Positions 10,561 through 18,873 of a stretch of DNA of 64,000 nucleotides are shown here, in pieces; positions within the stretch are counted from its first letter, which is position 1, and every line of letters begins with the position of its first letter. The notes beneath the pieces are model-generated. The model did no database searches, was not told the DNA's origin, and worked only from the letters and a program-made list of their open reading frames with translations. Origin of the DNA: Fidelibacterota bacterium MT.SAG.2 (GTDB lineage: Bacteria; Fidelibacterota; SORT01); the NCBI GenBank assembly GCA_004402915.1, contig SORU01000002.1, positions 28,842-92,841 on the forward strand, given 5' to 3'. The translations under genes were made by a program, and so were the position numbers.

Positions 10561-10772
10561 GTGCGGTCAGGGCTCCATAGGAGTGTCTTCGACACAAGTC
10601 CTAACCCGCATCTTATTCCTCTCCCCTTGAGGGGAGTGCCTCGCAGAGGCGAGGGGTGTGACTATTCGATACCGAGGAGTACTAAAAGAATATTACAATT
10701 ACACCCTCCGTCACTCCGTGACACCTCCCTCAAGGGAGGAGGTTTTAGGTTTCCCCCTGAGGGAGAGAGGGG
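10561..10772. repeat. Composite REP/MITE-like element (29-bp palindrome with nested insert plus ~125-bp inverted-repeat unit)
   Basis: Arms near-identical to 23722-23845 and 61531-61660. Confidence 0.85.
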
Positions 10773-10782
10773 AACTGTTAGC

Positions 10783-11205
10783 TCAATCGTCATCCTTGAC
10801 ATTGCCGCGGAGGCGTTTCAGATTGCCTCTAATCTTTTTACTTCTCAGTTGTTTTTCCTTAGAGGCGGCGGTCGGTCTGGTTTTACGGCGCGGTTTCGGT
10901 TTGTGGATCGCTTTCAGTATCAAAGATTTCAGCCGTTCCAATGCTTCCGCTCGGTTCTGCGATTGGGATCGGGATGTCCGCGCGTCGATCAGAAGAACAG
11001 CCTCTGAATTGACTCTTTTTCCGGCCAACTTTATCAGTCTCGGTTTGATCTCATCCGGGATGGAGGTGGAGTTACGAATATCGAAGCGAAGTTGAACCGC
11101 AGATGCTACTTTGTTGACGTTTTGTCCGCCCGGTCCGGATGAGCGCACAAAATCGAAACGGATTTCGGCGGTTTTTATTGTTATATCAGAGTTTATTTCA
11201 AGCAT
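10783..11205 (-). CDS. arfB: Ribosome rescue peptidyl-tRNA hydrolase ArfB
   Basis: RSSGPGGQNVNKV (GGQ), RSQSQNR, basic C-terminal tail RRKTRPT. Confidence 0.95.
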   Translation of the reverse strand: MLEINSDITIKTAEIRFDFVRSSGPGGQNVNKVASAVQLRFDIRNSTSIPDEIKPRLIKLAGKRVNSEAVLLIDARTSRSQSQNRAEALERLKSLILKAIHKPKPRRKTRPTAASKEKQLRSKKIRGNLKRLRGNVKDDD

Positions 11206-11224
11206 TCTGTTTAGTGTAACTCTT

Positions 11225-11486
11225 TACACACCCCAGCCTTTTGCTATAAGATTTCTAAAGGATCGGCTACCCCTCTTAATAGAGGGGAATTTATCGGACT
11301 ATTTCTTAATTGTAAACCACCCCTCAGTCCTCTCGCTTGGAAGGAGGGGAAAACCACACCCTCCCGATGTATCGGGATAAACTTCCTCGTTTGGAGTACT
11401 CCAAAAAACCTCATCAGTGTCACAAAGTCAACCACCCCTCAGTCCCCTCCTTTGGAAGGAGGGGATGAAAACCGCTAACCCGCACA
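11225..11486. repeat. Cluster of REP-like palindromes
   Basis: TACACACCCC...CCCCTCTTAATAGAGGGG, two ACCACCCCTCAGTCC...GGAAGGAGGGG units, CTAACCCGCAC. Confidence 0.8.
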
Positions 11487-11494
11487 ATATCATC

Positions 11495-14374
11495 TCAATT
11501 TTCTAAGACTTCTCTTATCTTCTTTCCGAGTGACGAGGCGGTAAAAGGTTTCTGCAGGAAGGAGAGACCCTCGTCAATCATCCCGTGCTTGGCGATCACA
11601 TCGTCGGAATAGCCCGATATGAAAAGCACTTTCATATCCTCCCGCTTCTTGGCAAGTTTTTCGGAGAGTTCCCGCCCGTTCAATCCGGGCAGAATGAGGT
11701 CTGTCAAGAGGAGATGGATCTTATCCTTGTATTTACCTGATATTTTCAGCGCTTCGGCAGAATCTGAAGCCTCCACAATCAAATATCCGAGCTCTTTGAG
11801 TATAAGCTTCAAAACCTCTCTGACCTCTTTGTCATCTTCTACGAGTAAAATGACCTCATTTCCGTGATAATCCTTATCAGCAATAGTTTCATGTTTCAGC
11901 TCTTCCACCGGTTGATCGATCTTCGGCAGATATATCTTGAATGTGGTTCCTTTCCCCGGTACGCTATGGCAGGTTATCTCACCACCGTGTTGTTTCACGA
12001 TGCCGTAGACCACGGACAGACCGAGTCCGGTTCCGTGTCCTTTGTCCTTCGTAGTGAAAAACGGCTCGAATATATGTTCTCTTATTTCGTTGGTCATACC
12101 CGGACCGTCATCAATTACGGAAGTGAGTACGTAATCGCCTGCTGTCAGTGCAAGTCCCGCTTTTATCTGTTTGCTGCTCACAGTTATGTTCTCGGTAAGA
12201 ATAGTAATCGTGCCTTTATCACCGATCGCGTCCTTGGCGTTAATAACAAGATTTATCAGTACTTGTTCTACCTGAATAGGATCCGCTTTAACGTTCCATA
12301 GCCCAGAACTCGGTCTCATCTTTATGGAGATTCCATCGCCTATAGAGCGTTGGAGCAGATCACCGACAGAGAGGAGTGTAGTGTTGATATTTATTACATG
12401 CGGTTCAAGGACCTGCTTTCTTCCGAACGCCATCAATCTTGCCGTGAGTTGCGTAGCTCGTGTTGCGCTTTTGTTTATCGTATTCAGCGCTTTTTTCAGC
12501 GGATCGTCATCTTCGAGGCGGGCGAAATGCATCTGAGAGAGGGCAAGAATAGGAGTCAGCGCATTGTTAAAATCGTGCGCTATCCCGCCTGCAAGATTGC
12601 CTATAACTTCCATACGCTGCGCATGACGCAGCTGCTCTTCGGCATTGATCCTGTCTGTCATATCGGAGCCGATGCTTGCTGCTCCGAATATTTTACCGGA
12701 TGAATCTCTAAGAGGAGTGTTATTCCAGGAGAACAGGAGATTATTCCCATCTTTTGTAATTATTTCGTTATCAAAGTGAGAGGGTATTGAACCGGCGAGA
12801 ACGTTATCCAAAAACATTTTTTTAATATTAGCTCTTATCTCTTCGGGGAGGAAAATATCGAACCAGTTCTTCCCTAAAACGTCACTCTTCTTATGACCTG
12901 TTTTTTCCAACAGGTAATCGTTGCAAAAGAGGATATTCCCCTCGAGGTCAAGGAGAATAGCTATCATTTTAAGGTTTTCAAGCAGTTCACGGAATCTCCG
13001 CTCGGTCTGGAGCAGCGCTTCTTCAGATTGTTTATGTTGGGTTATATCCCTGATAATTCCCTGATAACGTAAAACCTTTCCATCGGCTGACGGTCTGATA
13101 GTAGCGGAGAGCAAACAGTCTATCGGTGTACCGTCCCTTTTTTTAAGTTTCAGTTCATAATCTCTGACAAAGCCGTTGGATTCTAAATCGTGAACGAATT
13201 TAAAACGATCATCGGGATTTAGGTAAAGGTCCCTTGCGGTGATCTTCTTGATCTCTTCACGAGTGTAACCGAAGAGCTCCAAGCCCGACTCGTTTATCTC
13301 TATGAAGTGCCCATCGGTGTCCGTGACATAAATGACATCCCGTGATTCTTCAAATATTGAACGGTATCTTCGCTCGCTTTCCGCTAACGCGAATTCAGCC
13401 ACCTTTTGCTGCGTTATGTCTCTTGCGACCGCCTGAAATCCCTTTATCTTGCCTTTTTCGATGATAGGTTGAACGTTTTGACCAAGCCATATTTCAGACC
13501 CGTCGCCTTTAATTGCAGGGAATTCGAAGTAGGTATTCGAAACTTTATTCCGAAACTGTTTCGTATAGAATTTCTTAGCAATTTTGCGATAATCTTTCCT
13601 GATAAGACTTAGATAATTTCTTCCTAAGAGCTCCTCTTTCGATATTTTCATGATAACTGAGGCTTTAGGATTAAAGTAAGTTGAATTGCCTCTCCGATCG
13701 GTTTCATATATCATGTCGCTTGCATTATCGATGATGTGCCTGAATCGAGCTTCGCTCTCGAGAAGAGCCTTTTCCATTTTGGTTCTTTCTTTAATATCTC
13801 TCCGAAGTTTTTCCAAAGCTTGATTGAGCTCTTCGGTGCGTTGCTTTACTTTATCTTCAAGTGACTTATTGAGCGTAATTATTTCATTTTCTATTTTTTT
13901 GCGGGTAGCGATATCTCTTGCGATCCCGAGAACGAGTCTGCGTCCTCCGATCTTGACGGGGTGCGTACGAATCTCCAAATCGATTTGTGAGCCATCTTTT
14001 CTGTTGAAGGTGAACACGGTAGGACCGGTAGATCTTCCACGGGCATTATGGTATAAATGTTTAGCCGCTTTGATTATCCCACTCGTCGTTAGGAGTCTGA
14101 GCTTAAGGAAGTTTTTTCCGATAAGTTCTTCCCGCTTGTATCCGGAAAGTTTTTCAGTCATCAAATTTCCGTCAATGAAGTAGCCTTTTAGATCGTAAAG
14201 ATAATACGCATCGGGCGCGTGCTCAAAAATTACGTTTAGATCTTCGGTATTATAACCTTCTCCAAAGTAGCTGGAAATATTATCATTGAGCGAGGATTTC
14301 TTTTCAGGCTCTTTCCCGTCGATGAGCTCTAAATCTTTATCCGGTCTACCTTTCGTCTTTTGAAATATTTTCAA
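11495..14374 (-). CDS. Hybrid sensor histidine kinase (4 PAS domains, HisKA, HATPase, receiver)
   Basis: Four PAS/PAC repeats (RDIT), LAGGIAHDFNN H-box, FEPFFTTK, GTGLGL, LLVEDD...TDLILPG...KPF. Confidence 0.93.
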   Translation of the reverse strand: MKIFQKTKGRPDKDLELIDGKEPEKKSSLNDNISSYFGEGYNTEDLNVIFEHAPDAYYLYDLKGYFIDGNLMTEKLSGYKREELIGKNFLKLRLLTTSGIIKAAKHLYHNARGRSTGPTVFTFNRKDGSQIDLEIRTHPVKIGGRRLVLGIARDIATRKKIENEIITLNKSLEDKVKQRTEELNQALEKLRRDIKERTKMEKALLESEARFRHIIDNASDMIYETDRRGNSTYFNPKASVIMKISKEELLGRNYLSLIRKDYRKIAKKFYTKQFRNKVSNTYFEFPAIKGDGSEIWLGQNVQPIIEKGKIKGFQAVARDITQQKVAEFALAESERRYRSIFEESRDVIYVTDTDGHFIEINESGLELFGYTREEIKKITARDLYLNPDDRFKFVHDLESNGFVRDYELKLKKRDGTPIDCLLSATIRPSADGKVLRYQGIIRDITQHKQSEEALLQTERRFRELLENLKMIAILLDLEGNILFCNDYLLEKTGHKKSDVLGKNWFDIFLPEEIRANIKKMFLDNVLAGSIPSHFDNEIITKDGNNLLFSWNNTPLRDSSGKIFGAASIGSDMTDRINAEEQLRHAQRMEVIGNLAGGIAHDFNNALTPILALSQMHFARLEDDDPLKKALNTINKSATRATQLTARLMAFGRKQVLEPHVININTTLLSVGDLLQRSIGDGISIKMRPSSGLWNVKADPIQVEQVLINLVINAKDAIGDKGTITILTENITVSSKQIKAGLALTAGDYVLTSVIDDGPGMTNEIREHIFEPFFTTKDKGHGTGLGLSVVYGIVKQHGGEITCHSVPGKGTTFKIYLPKIDQPVEELKHETIADKDYHGNEVILLVEDDKEVREVLKLILKELGYLIVEASDSAEALKISGKYKDKIHLLLTDLILPGLNGRELSEKLAKKREDMKVLFISGYSDDVIAKHGMIDEGLSFLQKPFTASSLGKKIREVLEN

Positions 14375-14664
14375 TCAGAACCTTTTGTAATGAGCCATCT
14401 TAACCACGCCAGCAGCTGAGCATACCATAAAAAAGCAGTAGTATGGTTGTGAATAACTTTTATTAAAATTTAATTATTAGCATGAAATATAAAGCCCGGC
14501 GTTCATTTTTAAAAGAGGAAAATATAAAAGGAATTCACGTTTTTTAGTTCAACTCTCTAAATATGTTTTTATTATATTGATATTACAAGAGTTAGCACGT
14601 TTAATAAGGTTCAATATTTTTCCTATATCGGTTACTTAAACGAATTAGATAACCATTCCTAAGC

Positions 14665-14690
14665 TGTTGATAATGTGAGGTATATCAACA
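14665..14690. promoter_or_regulatory. Putative operator palindrome in divergent intergenic region
   Basis: TGTTGATA-N10-TATCAACA just upstream of TTGACA at 14703. Confidence 0.4.
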
Positions 14691-14766
14691 AAAATCATCA
14701 TATTGACAGGGAACACACTATGTTACTCTCGTCTGATTAGCTTGATTTAATAAGGAGAGGAGTAGA

Positions 14767-15141
14767 ATGAGCGGTAAAAATAGATCACGGATCGGACGAG
14801 AGGAGGCATCGAGGAAGGCATTTATCGGGCTTTGCATCGCAATGGCGGGGTGTGATTCAAAGATGGACATCAAAGAGATTTCGAAGCTCAGAAGAGTCAT
14901 GGACAGATACGGATTTTCCGAGGAAGAAGTAGTGCGTGAACTAAAAGATTTTTCCAAAATGAATATCGAGGAGGCGTTACTATATGGAAGACGGTGCATG
15001 GCTGCTCTTCCAGAGTTAGACGAGGATTTACAGAAGAGATTGTTGATTTCTCTTACAGAAATAGCCTTAGCTGAAGACGATTTCGAAGAGACTGAAATCA
15101 GAGTGATGAACACGGTTATGGATCGGTTCGTAAATGATTAA
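14767..15141 (+). CDS. TerB-like (tellurite resistance/DjlA N-terminal-like) protein
   Basis: IAMAGCDSKMDIKE...IALAEDDFEETE paired acidic motifs; AGGAG RBS. Confidence 0.6.
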   Translation: MSGKNRSRIGREEASRKAFIGLCIAMAGCDSKMDIKEISKLRRVMDRYGFSEEEVVRELKDFSKMNIEEALLYGRRCMAALPELDEDLQKRLLISLTEIALAEDDFEETEIRVMNTVMDRFVND

Positions 15142-15297
15142 GACTTTAGACTCGAATGTAGTATATAAAATCAATTGAAAAGTGTTACCCATCTCTCCGA
15201 ACATTTGATATTATAATTTGAACTGGGCAAAATAATCACTGCTCACATAGGTTGTGATAGTGACCTAAAATAGTGGGGAAGGGAGGGAAGACTAATT

Positions 15298-15588
15298 TCA
15301 GCCCAGACTCAGACTCTCCATATTCGAAATTACCAACTCTTTTACCGGTTGGAACTCGGGGATATGAGTAATGGAGTATTTGATCGTCTCCCCGGTAATA
15401 GGGTCGCTTTCCGCAATTTTCGAGTGTATCGAGTATTTAAAAGATCCAAGCCCCTTAAGGGTGACACTTCCTTTGTCATTTAAGGCAATTTTCATGTTGG
15501 TTGCCAAGGACTTGAGTACTTTCGCAGTCTGTTCAACGGAAACACCGCAATCACGGGCTACAGCCCGAATGAGGTCTTTATCGTTCAT
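15298..15588 (-). CDS. HU/IHF-family DNA-binding protein (divergent)
   Basis: MNDKDLIRAVA...VTLKGLGSF...DPITGETI...PEFQP. Confidence 0.85.
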   Translation of the reverse strand: MNDKDLIRAVARDCGVSVEQTAKVLKSLATNMKIALNDKGSVTLKGLGSFKYSIHSKIAESDPITGETIKYSITHIPEFQPVKELVISNMESLSLG

Positions 15589-15642
15589 TTATTCCCTCCC
15601 TTTTGCCCAAAATCTTATAGATCGAATTCATCTATTTTAAAG

Positions 15643-15658
15643 GCAATAGTTGTGCCAA
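15643..15658 (-). promoter_or_regulatory. sigma54 -24/-12 promoter of the HU-like gene
   Basis: Minus strand TTGGCAC-AACTA-TTGC, a perfect consensus match 55 bp upstream of the ATG. Confidence 0.8.
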
Positions 15659-15731
15659 TCTATGCTGCTGGCTGTTTTTGGCTTAGACTCTGTATCAGTG
15701 ATTTTAATTAGACTGTTGAATCGGGAACTAT

Positions 15732-15778
15732 CGGCAATATATTGCCGCTTTAAGATGTAAAACGGCAATATATTGCAC
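15732..15778. promoter_or_regulatory. Tandem palindromic enhancer (bEBP UAS) sites
   Basis: CGGCAATATATTGCCG (15732-15747) and CGGCAATATATTGCAC (15763-15778), 31 bp apart. Confidence 0.7.
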
Positions 15779-15815
15779 ATTTCACATTTAAGGTTCAGAG
15801 CGGGAGAGAAAGAAT

Positions 15816-15869
15816 ATGCTCCGCATATTCGGTTGCACCATGAAAAATGAACCTCAGTATGCGGAGCAT
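15816..15869. terminator. Long hairpin downstream of the pilin-like pair
   Basis: ATGCTCCGCATA ... TATGCGGAGCAT inverted repeat. Confidence 0.45.
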
Positions 15870-15909
15870 TGTGGTTGTTGGGGATGTCTAAAAATTCAAA
15901 TAGGGTGGT

Positions 15910-16407
15910 TCATCTTACTATCCTGTCAAGTGAAGGCATTCTCACCGGTTGCCAGGAGACGATGCCGTCCTTGTTGATTATTGTAGAAAATTCTAATCCT
16001 GTATAATTACCTCTTGCTATGAGCGTGAACTGCTCACCTGTAATATCTGCTACTTCATAGGTGCCCCATTCATAAGTCGAATCGATGGCGAAGTTCGTAA
16101 TATCGGAACGGGTAATGATCTTTGGAGCGTCCATACCTCTGGATACCGGCGTTCTCCAATACAATTTTGAAACTTCCGATATTTCCTGCACTCCCTGCAT
16201 GAGTTGGTTAAATTCCATTAAAAGGACTTTTCGCTCTATGTTAAAGTCAGCGAGCAGATACTCATATTGTCCGTAAATCTTGTCCTGAAATATTTCGTTC
16301 TCAACCTTTACTTCGTGCATTACATACCAACCGATGCCGGAAGTAATTAAGATCCCGAATATCGATATTACCAATACCACCATTGCTGATTTATTTTGAT
16401 TCATCAT
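15910..16407 (-). CDS. Pilin-like membrane-anchored protein, divergent paralog of the upstream gene
   Basis: N-terminal TM; YWRTP..G, FAIDST..GT, FTLIARG align with YWRKP..G, FGADST..GT, FILTATG of 16547-16933. Confidence 0.6.
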   Translation of the reverse strand: MMNQNKSAMVVLVISIFGILITSGIGWYVMHEVKVENEIFQDKIYGQYEYLLADFNIERKVLLMEFNQLMQGVQEISEVSKLYWRTPVSRGMDAPKIITRSDITNFAIDSTYEWGTYEVADITGEQFTLIARGNYTGLEFSTIINKDGIVSWQPVRMPSLDRIVR

Positions 16408-16546
16408 AGAGTTTCCTCTTTATTGTTCGTTAGAGTTAAGTTTTCAATAATTCGGTTCATATCTATTAGCTCCCGTTTTGAGTCGTTGGCGGCAGAGGGA
16501 GCTGCCGCCGTAATATCTGACTCGTTAGATCCTATCATTCACTCAC

Positions 16547-16933
16547 TTACGGTAATGTTATCGTAGGAGTTCCCGAAACTCCCTGTTGAGTAATAGTCGC
16601 CACAATAACGACTCCTTCGTTCGCTCCGGTGGCGGTAAGTATAAAATCATCTTTCGTAGGTGTTGACATAACGAAGGTTCCATTTGCATTTGTTGAATCG
16701 GCTCCAAATACAACCACATCGGCAACTAAGAGAAAACTACGCGCTCCGCCGCCGAGTGCGGCAGGTTTACGCCAATATGCCGCTGCCGTTGATGCGATAT
16801 TATTGACATCCTGGAGTAGTGCGTCCCTTTCCGCGTTGATTGCACCTGTAGTGAACATATTAATTCCTACCACTACTGCGACTCAGACGATTATAGTACC
16901 GAGTACGATAAGCAGTAATTGTTGTTGACCCAT
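16547..16933 (-). pseudogene. MGQQQLLLIV-family pilin-like protein with in-frame TGA at codon 17
   Basis: GGAG RBS, then ATG(16933) MGQQQLLLIVLGTIIV*VAVVVGINMF...; TGA at 16885-16883. Confidence 0.75.
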
Positions 16934-17338
16934 GATTCTTCTCCTTTATCTTGTTTTTTGTTTTTCCACAGTGTTACTGTTCATATTCCGCCCAACAACA
17001 TGGAGCCGTTAGTATCCGTATCCGGTCCTGACTCTCCTGATCCTTATTTTTTTTACCGCCTATCATTTTTCCATCTCTGTTCATGCCACAAAGATATCTG
17101 TGCGAAGATATTGTGATATGACCCAGAGCACGTTATGCACTGTTTAGACGGTTTACACGCTAATTCTGTGACTTGTGTCATAAAATTGCGACAGCTTATG
17201 TTATCCATGTCACAATCGGTTCAAATATAATAGTAAATGTGAAATATGAAAGTAAATATCAGCTCCCGGTTCATTTTTAATTTTCACTCTGAATTGCACA
17301 AATGATGCCGAAAAGTTAAGAAAGTTCTAAATTTTATC

Positions 17339-17366
17339 TTGACTATTTATAGAGGCATGATAAGTT
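17339..17366 (+). promoter_or_regulatory. sigma70 promoter of the tRNA cluster
   Basis: TTGACT-16 bp-TAAGTT with extended TGn. Confidence 0.65.
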
Positions 17367-17382
17367 TACGCAGCTGTGAAAT

Positions 17383-17455
17383 GCCACCATAGCTCAGTTG
17401 GAAGAGCAGGGGTTTTGTAAACCTCAGGTCGCGGGTTCGAATCCTGCTGGTGGCT
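17383..17455 (+). tRNA. tRNA-Thr(TGT)
   Basis: GCCACCA/TGGTGGC acceptor stem, GGGGT-TTTGTAA-ACCTC anticodon arm, TTCGAAT T-loop. Confidence 0.96.
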
Positions 17456-17465
17456 CTGCTGAGAC

Positions 17466-17548
<83 letters not shown>

Positions 17549-17563
17549 CGAATTGCGGTAATT

Positions 17564-17634
17564 GCGAGAGTAGCTCAGTGGTAGAGCCCCGGCCTTCCAA
17601 GCCGGATACGCGGGTTCGATCCCCGTCTCTCGCT
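17564..17634 (+). tRNA. tRNA-Gly(TCC)
   Basis: GCGAGAG/CTCTCGC stem, CCGGC-CTTCCAA-GCCGG. Confidence 0.95.
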
Positions 17635-17737
17635 CGGATGAAATCTCTTCAATTTTCCGAAGATTTTCCCAACTGTTTTTTCGTGTATTTTAGTGATCTT
17701 CAGGTGGCATATAGCGGTCACACTATCGGCAAGAGAA

Positions 17738-18171
17738 TTATTGCTTGGTATATTCAATCACGGTAAAGGTAGTGTAACCATCTACGGTCTCGCTGCTCGT
17801 TAGGGTAAGCTTATTTCCCGATATAGAATATTCATAAACGTCATCTCCATCACCAACCCCATACAGAGTCAGCGTATCTCCATCAGCCCACCAGCCGCCT
17901 GAATCGTTTTTTGTTTCAACAAGAGATAGGCTTTCCGCTGACCATCTGTTGTCAGCGCTGATAGTAAGCGTAAATTGCAAGTCATTAACGAATGTATACA
18001 CGAACGTAAAATCAGGATTTGAGATCGATCCCCTATAAATGGTGAATTTATCTGCTTTCCACGTACCAACCAATTCGTGAGTCTTGGTGCAGTAGGATTA
18101 TCATCACCACATGCGGAAAAGAGCGATAATGTCAATGATAGAATCAAGACTAAGATTTTCAAAGAATTCAT
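17738..18171 (-). pseudogene. Lipocalin-like lipoprotein with single frameshift
   Basis: Lipobox FSAC-GDDNPTAP in one frame; adding one base near 18085 gives PKTHELVGTW... and joins the 17738-18073 ORF. Confidence 0.7.
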
Positions 18172-18270
18172 TATCTAACTTCCTTTGTTGCGAATATAAA
18201 TGTCAATGTGGTTCTACCAATCTAGCTGATTCTTTAGCATAAGTCAAATATTAATTGAGTAAAAGGTTCT

Positions 18271-18327
18271 TGCCGCCCCCGATCATCCGATTTTGTCTGG
18301 ACGAGGAAGATGATGTGATTGAAATAG
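18271..18327 (+). repeat. Orphan secretion-CTD 3' tail, copy 1 (degenerate)
   Basis: Translates CRPRSSDFVWTRKMM*LK*; compare YRLQAGDFVQTRKMVLLK*. Confidence 0.7.
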
Positions 18328-18377
18328 AGGATCCCCGTCTCTTGCTTAATAGAGGATAATTTAGGCAATCATTTATC

Positions 18378-18406
18378 TTGCGAGATTTTAATTAATGAGG
18401 TATCTT
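18378..18406 (+). promoter_or_regulatory. sigma70-like promoter in the CTD-tail module, copy 1
   Basis: TTGCGA-17 bp-TATCTT, preceded by ATCATTTATC as in copy 2. Confidence 0.55.
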
Positions 18407-18490
18407 TTGACCTTAGTTTTGTGTAATCAATATGAGATATTTAAAAGGATATTGATGACATCTGAGCCTAAACGAAAATTAGCCTATTCA

Positions 18491-18618
18491 GTCTTTGCGA
18501 GAAGCGAGGCGACGAAGCCCGGAGGGATTCCTTTGGAACAATCTCAATTTAAAGCTGTGCGGGACAATTTTGAGATTGCCGCGATCATCCGCCAAGAGGC
18601 GGATTCCCTCGCAATGAC
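18491..18618. repeat. Complete GTC(A/T)TTGCGAG...CTCGCAATGAC palindromic element with nested mini-hairpins
   Basis: Terminal inverted repeats plus internal CAATCTC/GAGATTG; half copies at 2125, 2348 and 39800. Confidence 0.8.
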
Positions 18619-18873
18619 AGCTGATCACTGTTTAGGGCTTATTTTGATCTCCCTTAGACACGATATTTCACATACCGATTGGAGAAACGGACGCAAGTTG
18701 CAGCATTAAAAGTTTTTATTGTTAATGTGATGAATTTAGTCTTATATTTTTCATAGTGAAACTCCATAGGGTCTAACTTCTTGGTAATACTTGATAGCCC
18801 TTGAAGATTTTAGTTCAGTACGATAGGTCAGATGGAGCATACACTATTACTCAAACTCAAAAAGGAGCACGAT

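Noticed and set aside
10617-10740. CRISPR-like repeat/40-bp spacer appearance
   Set aside because: The arms are inverted and dispersed rather than a tandem direct array, and there are no cas genes
10561-11095. Plus-strand 148-aa and 145-aa ORFs
   Set aside because: Repeat-derived and antisense to arfB
14483-14512. Similarity to 17255-17280 (...GTTCATTTTTAA)
   Set aside because: Short AT-rich match that may be chance
16883-16885. Genome-wide UGA=Gly recoding (table 25) or selenocysteine
   Set aside because: TGA cleanly terminates murD, mraY and murF. The tRNA-Gly seen is TCC, not TCA. The expected residue is Gly in a hydrophobic helix, not Cys.
18395-18709. 104-aa ORF
   Set aside because: Chimera of a truncated gene start and a palindromic repeat
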